Below are positions 61,924-64,000 of a stretch of DNA of 64,000 nucleotides, one piece after another. Source of the stretch: Myxococcota bacterium (GTDB lineage: Bacteria; Myxococcota_A; Polyangia; Nannocystales; Nannocystaceae). The translations under genes were made by a program, and so were the position numbers. The number at the start of each line of letters is the position of its first letter. Position 1 is the stretch's first letter. The notes below the pieces were generated by a model, which saw only the letters and a program-made list of their open reading frames with translations, was not told where the DNA came from and searched no databases. The stretch covers positions 172,299-236,298 of the forward strand of contig JBCCWC010000003.1 of assembly GCA_039194325.1 (NCBI GenBank). The letters run 5' to 3'.

Positions 61924-63171
61924 ATGCGGACACAAAAGTCTGAGCGGTCATCCAGGCCCGGCGATGTGTCGGGAAATGGGAGATCTGCACGCAGGCCCAG
62001 CATAGGACTGGATCCAATGTGTCGACAGACGCAACGCGGATCCACGGTGGCCGATGAGAGCAGGTCGATGAGTAGCCCTCTCACCACCCAAGCCCGTGCC
62101 CTCGCTCAAGCCATCGCCCGAGAGATGGTTGAGCAAACCCAAGTGCAAAAGTCTACCGCCACGCTGACGGAGGCTTTTGGCGAGGTCGACCGCCTCGTAC
62201 TTCGGCAGCAAGGTCGATTCTCGATCAAGTACGTCAGGATGAGCCGAGAGGCCATGGCCAAGGCGTGCGCGGTGATCGGTGATGTTCCGATCTGCGATCT
62301 TGGCGCCGAACATGCACTGGCCCTATGGAACTCGTACTCGGCTCCTTCGTTGACCGCATATGGCTCGGCCATCAAGGCCCGGCTGGGGAACGCGGAGAAG
62401 CTGGGTTTCACCGGTGCAGCGGAGTTCCGCGACATGCTGCCGAATCCGCCGGACCCTCGGCTGCGCCCCGTGCTAGTGACCGATGAACAGCACCGGCAAG
62501 CCTTGGCGGCGCTCCGATGGGCGGCGCTCCACACCAAGACGTGGTCGATCACGCTGCGTTTCCTAGAGATCGGGTTGCGTTGCCCGTTTCGGCTCACCGA
62601 GCTGGCCAGGTTGACCGTGCCAGAAGTCGACTTTGCGCGACGTCGGGCACAACTGGCCGATAGCAAGACCGGGCCGCGTTGGGTGCCCCTGACCCGTCGG
62701 GCGTGCGAGATCCTGCGCGAGCAGATCGACTCGCTTCCGTTCGGCGAGCGGCGGGTTTGGACCCGCGAGAATGGGGCGGTGCTGTTTCCTGGATCCATGT
62801 CGCGTGCGTGGACGCGGATCCGCCGCCTGTTTGCGGAGGTGACCAAGAACACCGAGCTCGCTCAGGTGCGCTACCACGATCTGCGGCACTTCACGTGCAC
62901 GCAGGCGCTGGAGCACGGCTCTCCAGAGCGGCATGTGCAGGTTGCCCTGGGGCACTCTGCCAAGACGATGGAGCGCTACCAGCACTGCCAGTTTCGCGGT
63001 GCGGTCAAGGCGGTACAGCGCGTCGAGGATGTGCTCGACGATGGGGCTGTTGCCGGTGGGCCGGCCTCCGAGCAGCGGCATGAAGAGGATCGCCCTCGAC
63101 GCGAGGATGGAGGATCGTGGCCGACCCCGAAGTGGCCGGCACTTCACACGGGAGGCAAGCAGCGTGAGTAG
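61924..63171 (+). CDS. Tyrosine recombinase/integrase
   Basis: R (PFRLTEL), K (SKTG), HxxR (HDLRH), LGH, Y (MERY); start 61924 (GGGAGG RBS) or 62068. Confidence 0.9.
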   Translation: MRTQKSERSSRPGDVSGNGRSARRPSIGLDPMCRQTQRGSTVADESRSMSSPLTTQARALAQAIAREMVEQTQVQKSTATLTEAFGEVDRLVLRQQGRFSIKYVRMSREAMAKACAVIGDVPICDLGAEHALALWNSYSAPSLTAYGSAIKARLGNAEKLGFTGAAEFRDMLPNPPDPRLRPVLVTDEQHRQALAALRWAALHTKTWSITLRFLEIGLRCPFRLTELARLTVPEVDFARRRAQLADSKTGPRWVPLTRRACEILREQIDSLPFGERRVWTRENGAVLFPGSMSRAWTRIRRLFAEVTKNTELAQVRYHDLRHFTCTQALEHGSPERHVQVALGHSAKTMERYQHCQFRGAVKAVQRVEDVLDDGAVAGGPASEQRHEEDRPRREDGGSWPTPKWPALHTGGKQRE

Positions 63172-63508
63172 CTCGACGATTCGTCTGGAGAAGGTCGGGG
63201 CACCGAGTGTGGCGCTGGTGGCCATGGTGGAGCTCGACCGGCGGGCCGGGGTGCGTTGGCACTCTCGGTTTGGTCGGGTCGAGCTGGTCGACCACGTCAG
63301 TGCGTGGGTGTTCGAGGACGGGATGGTGCTGGCCGCCGTGACACGGCGGTCCGCCCTCTCCCTTGGGCAGGTGCTGGGGAGCCGGGTGCTGCGCCCGGCC
63401 CCTCAGGCCGCTCTGAATGAGGTCGAACGAGCTGATGTGCTGCATGCGGCCGGCTTGCGGTCGGTGCCCTCGCAGGCTTGTGAGCCGGTGCGATGGGAGG
63501 TGGCGTAG
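63164..63508 (+). CDS. Hypothetical protein of the integrated element
   Basis: GGGAGG RBS, GTG overlapping the integrase 3' end. Confidence 0.6.
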   Translation: MSSSTIRLEKVGAPSVALVAMVELDRRAGVRWHSRFGRVELVDHVSAWVFEDGMVLAAVTRRSALSLGQVLGSRVLRPAPQAALNEVERADVLHAAGLRSVPSQACEPVRWEVA

Positions 63509-63510
63509 TC

Positions 63511-64000
63511 ATGGCGACCAACGAGATGGCGATGACCCCGATGGGGATGGCCATGCTGGTGAGCACGACTGCGGAGGACAGCGTGGCGTGCCCGCATTGC
63601 GGCGAGAGCATCGTGCTCGAGACCGTCGAGGCTGAGCCGGGGTGCTTGGCGACGGCGTGCCCGCACTGTGGGGAGCGAAGCTTGCTGGTGCGGCTTGTCT
63701 CGATCTTGCATCGTGCGGTCAAGTGGCCGGCGGAGTTGCTGGCAGGTAGCGACGAGAGTGAAGCGGACGCTGCGTCCGCGAAGCTCCGAACACCCGACGG
63801 CATTTACGGGCTGCCCGTCTCGCGAGGGGCCGTAGCGCTTCTTGCGATGCTGTGGCGTCAGGCCGAGCAGGCTGGATCGAGAGTGGTAGAGGGCTCTGTC
63901 GCCCGGTTGGCTCGTCAGCAACAGTCGAGCCGAGGATCGGTTCGGCGCTGGATGACGGAGTTGGTGGAGGCCAAGGCCCTGCAGGAGATCAAGACCGAGG
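63511..64000 (+). CDS. Zinc-ribbon plus putative HTH protein, truncated by window end
   Basis: GGGAGG RBS; frame open to 64000 (absent from ORF track); CPHC...CPHC then SVARLARQQQSSRGSVRRWMTEL. Confidence 0.7.
   Translation, partial: MATNEMAMTPMGMAMLVSTTAEDSVACPHCGESIVLETVEAEPGCLATACPHCGERSLLVRLVSILHRAVKWPAELLAGSDESEADAASAKLRTPDGIYGLPVSRGAVALLAMLWRQAEQAGSRVVEGSVARLARQQQSSRGSVRRWMTELVEAKALQEIKTE

Larger units (their letters stand above)
61653..64000 (+). mobile_element. Left end of an integrative element/prophage inserted at tRNA-Arg
   Basis: Tyrosine recombinase and phage-like hypothetical genes directly 3' of the tRNA; second att site not in window. Confidence 0.72.

Overview
GC-rich chromosomal window that looks myxobacterial, probably Nannocystaceae-like. 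This is inferred from five Ser/Thr kinases (three with TPRs), a MYXO-CTERM protease, a DUF1592/DUF1552 pair and CarD/CdnL. It carries about 45 CDS: a kinase/ECF-sigma cluster, carD, pepA, a histone-H1-like protein, a BlaI-M56-PDZ operon, bfd-bfr, a MurE-like/NlpC-P60 pair, fbaA and several secreted hydrolases. A tRNA-Arg(UCG) is followed by a tyrosine-recombinase element that runs off the right edge. The most notable observations are: (1) a two-gene ABC-ATPase + TOPRIM/DUF3226-like cassette with no integrase, bounded by a perfect 41-bp direct repeat (41536-41576 / 43436-43476) that duplicates the 3' end of the upstream gene, making it a candidate excisable anti-phage islet; (2) tandem NrdR-like boxes 32 bp apart upstream of a small ribbon-helix-helix gene rather than a ribonucleotide reductase; (3) three 14-bp palindromes at a 15-bp period over the apparently leaderless promoter of an ATPase-wHTH-DUF234 gene; (4) a maleylacetate-reductase/carboxylesterase fusion with catalytic residues lost in both halves; (5) twin iron-box palindromes before bfd and bfr; and (6) a possible structured ncRNA near 29.3 kb. 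All family calls come from motif recognition by eye. No database searches were run.
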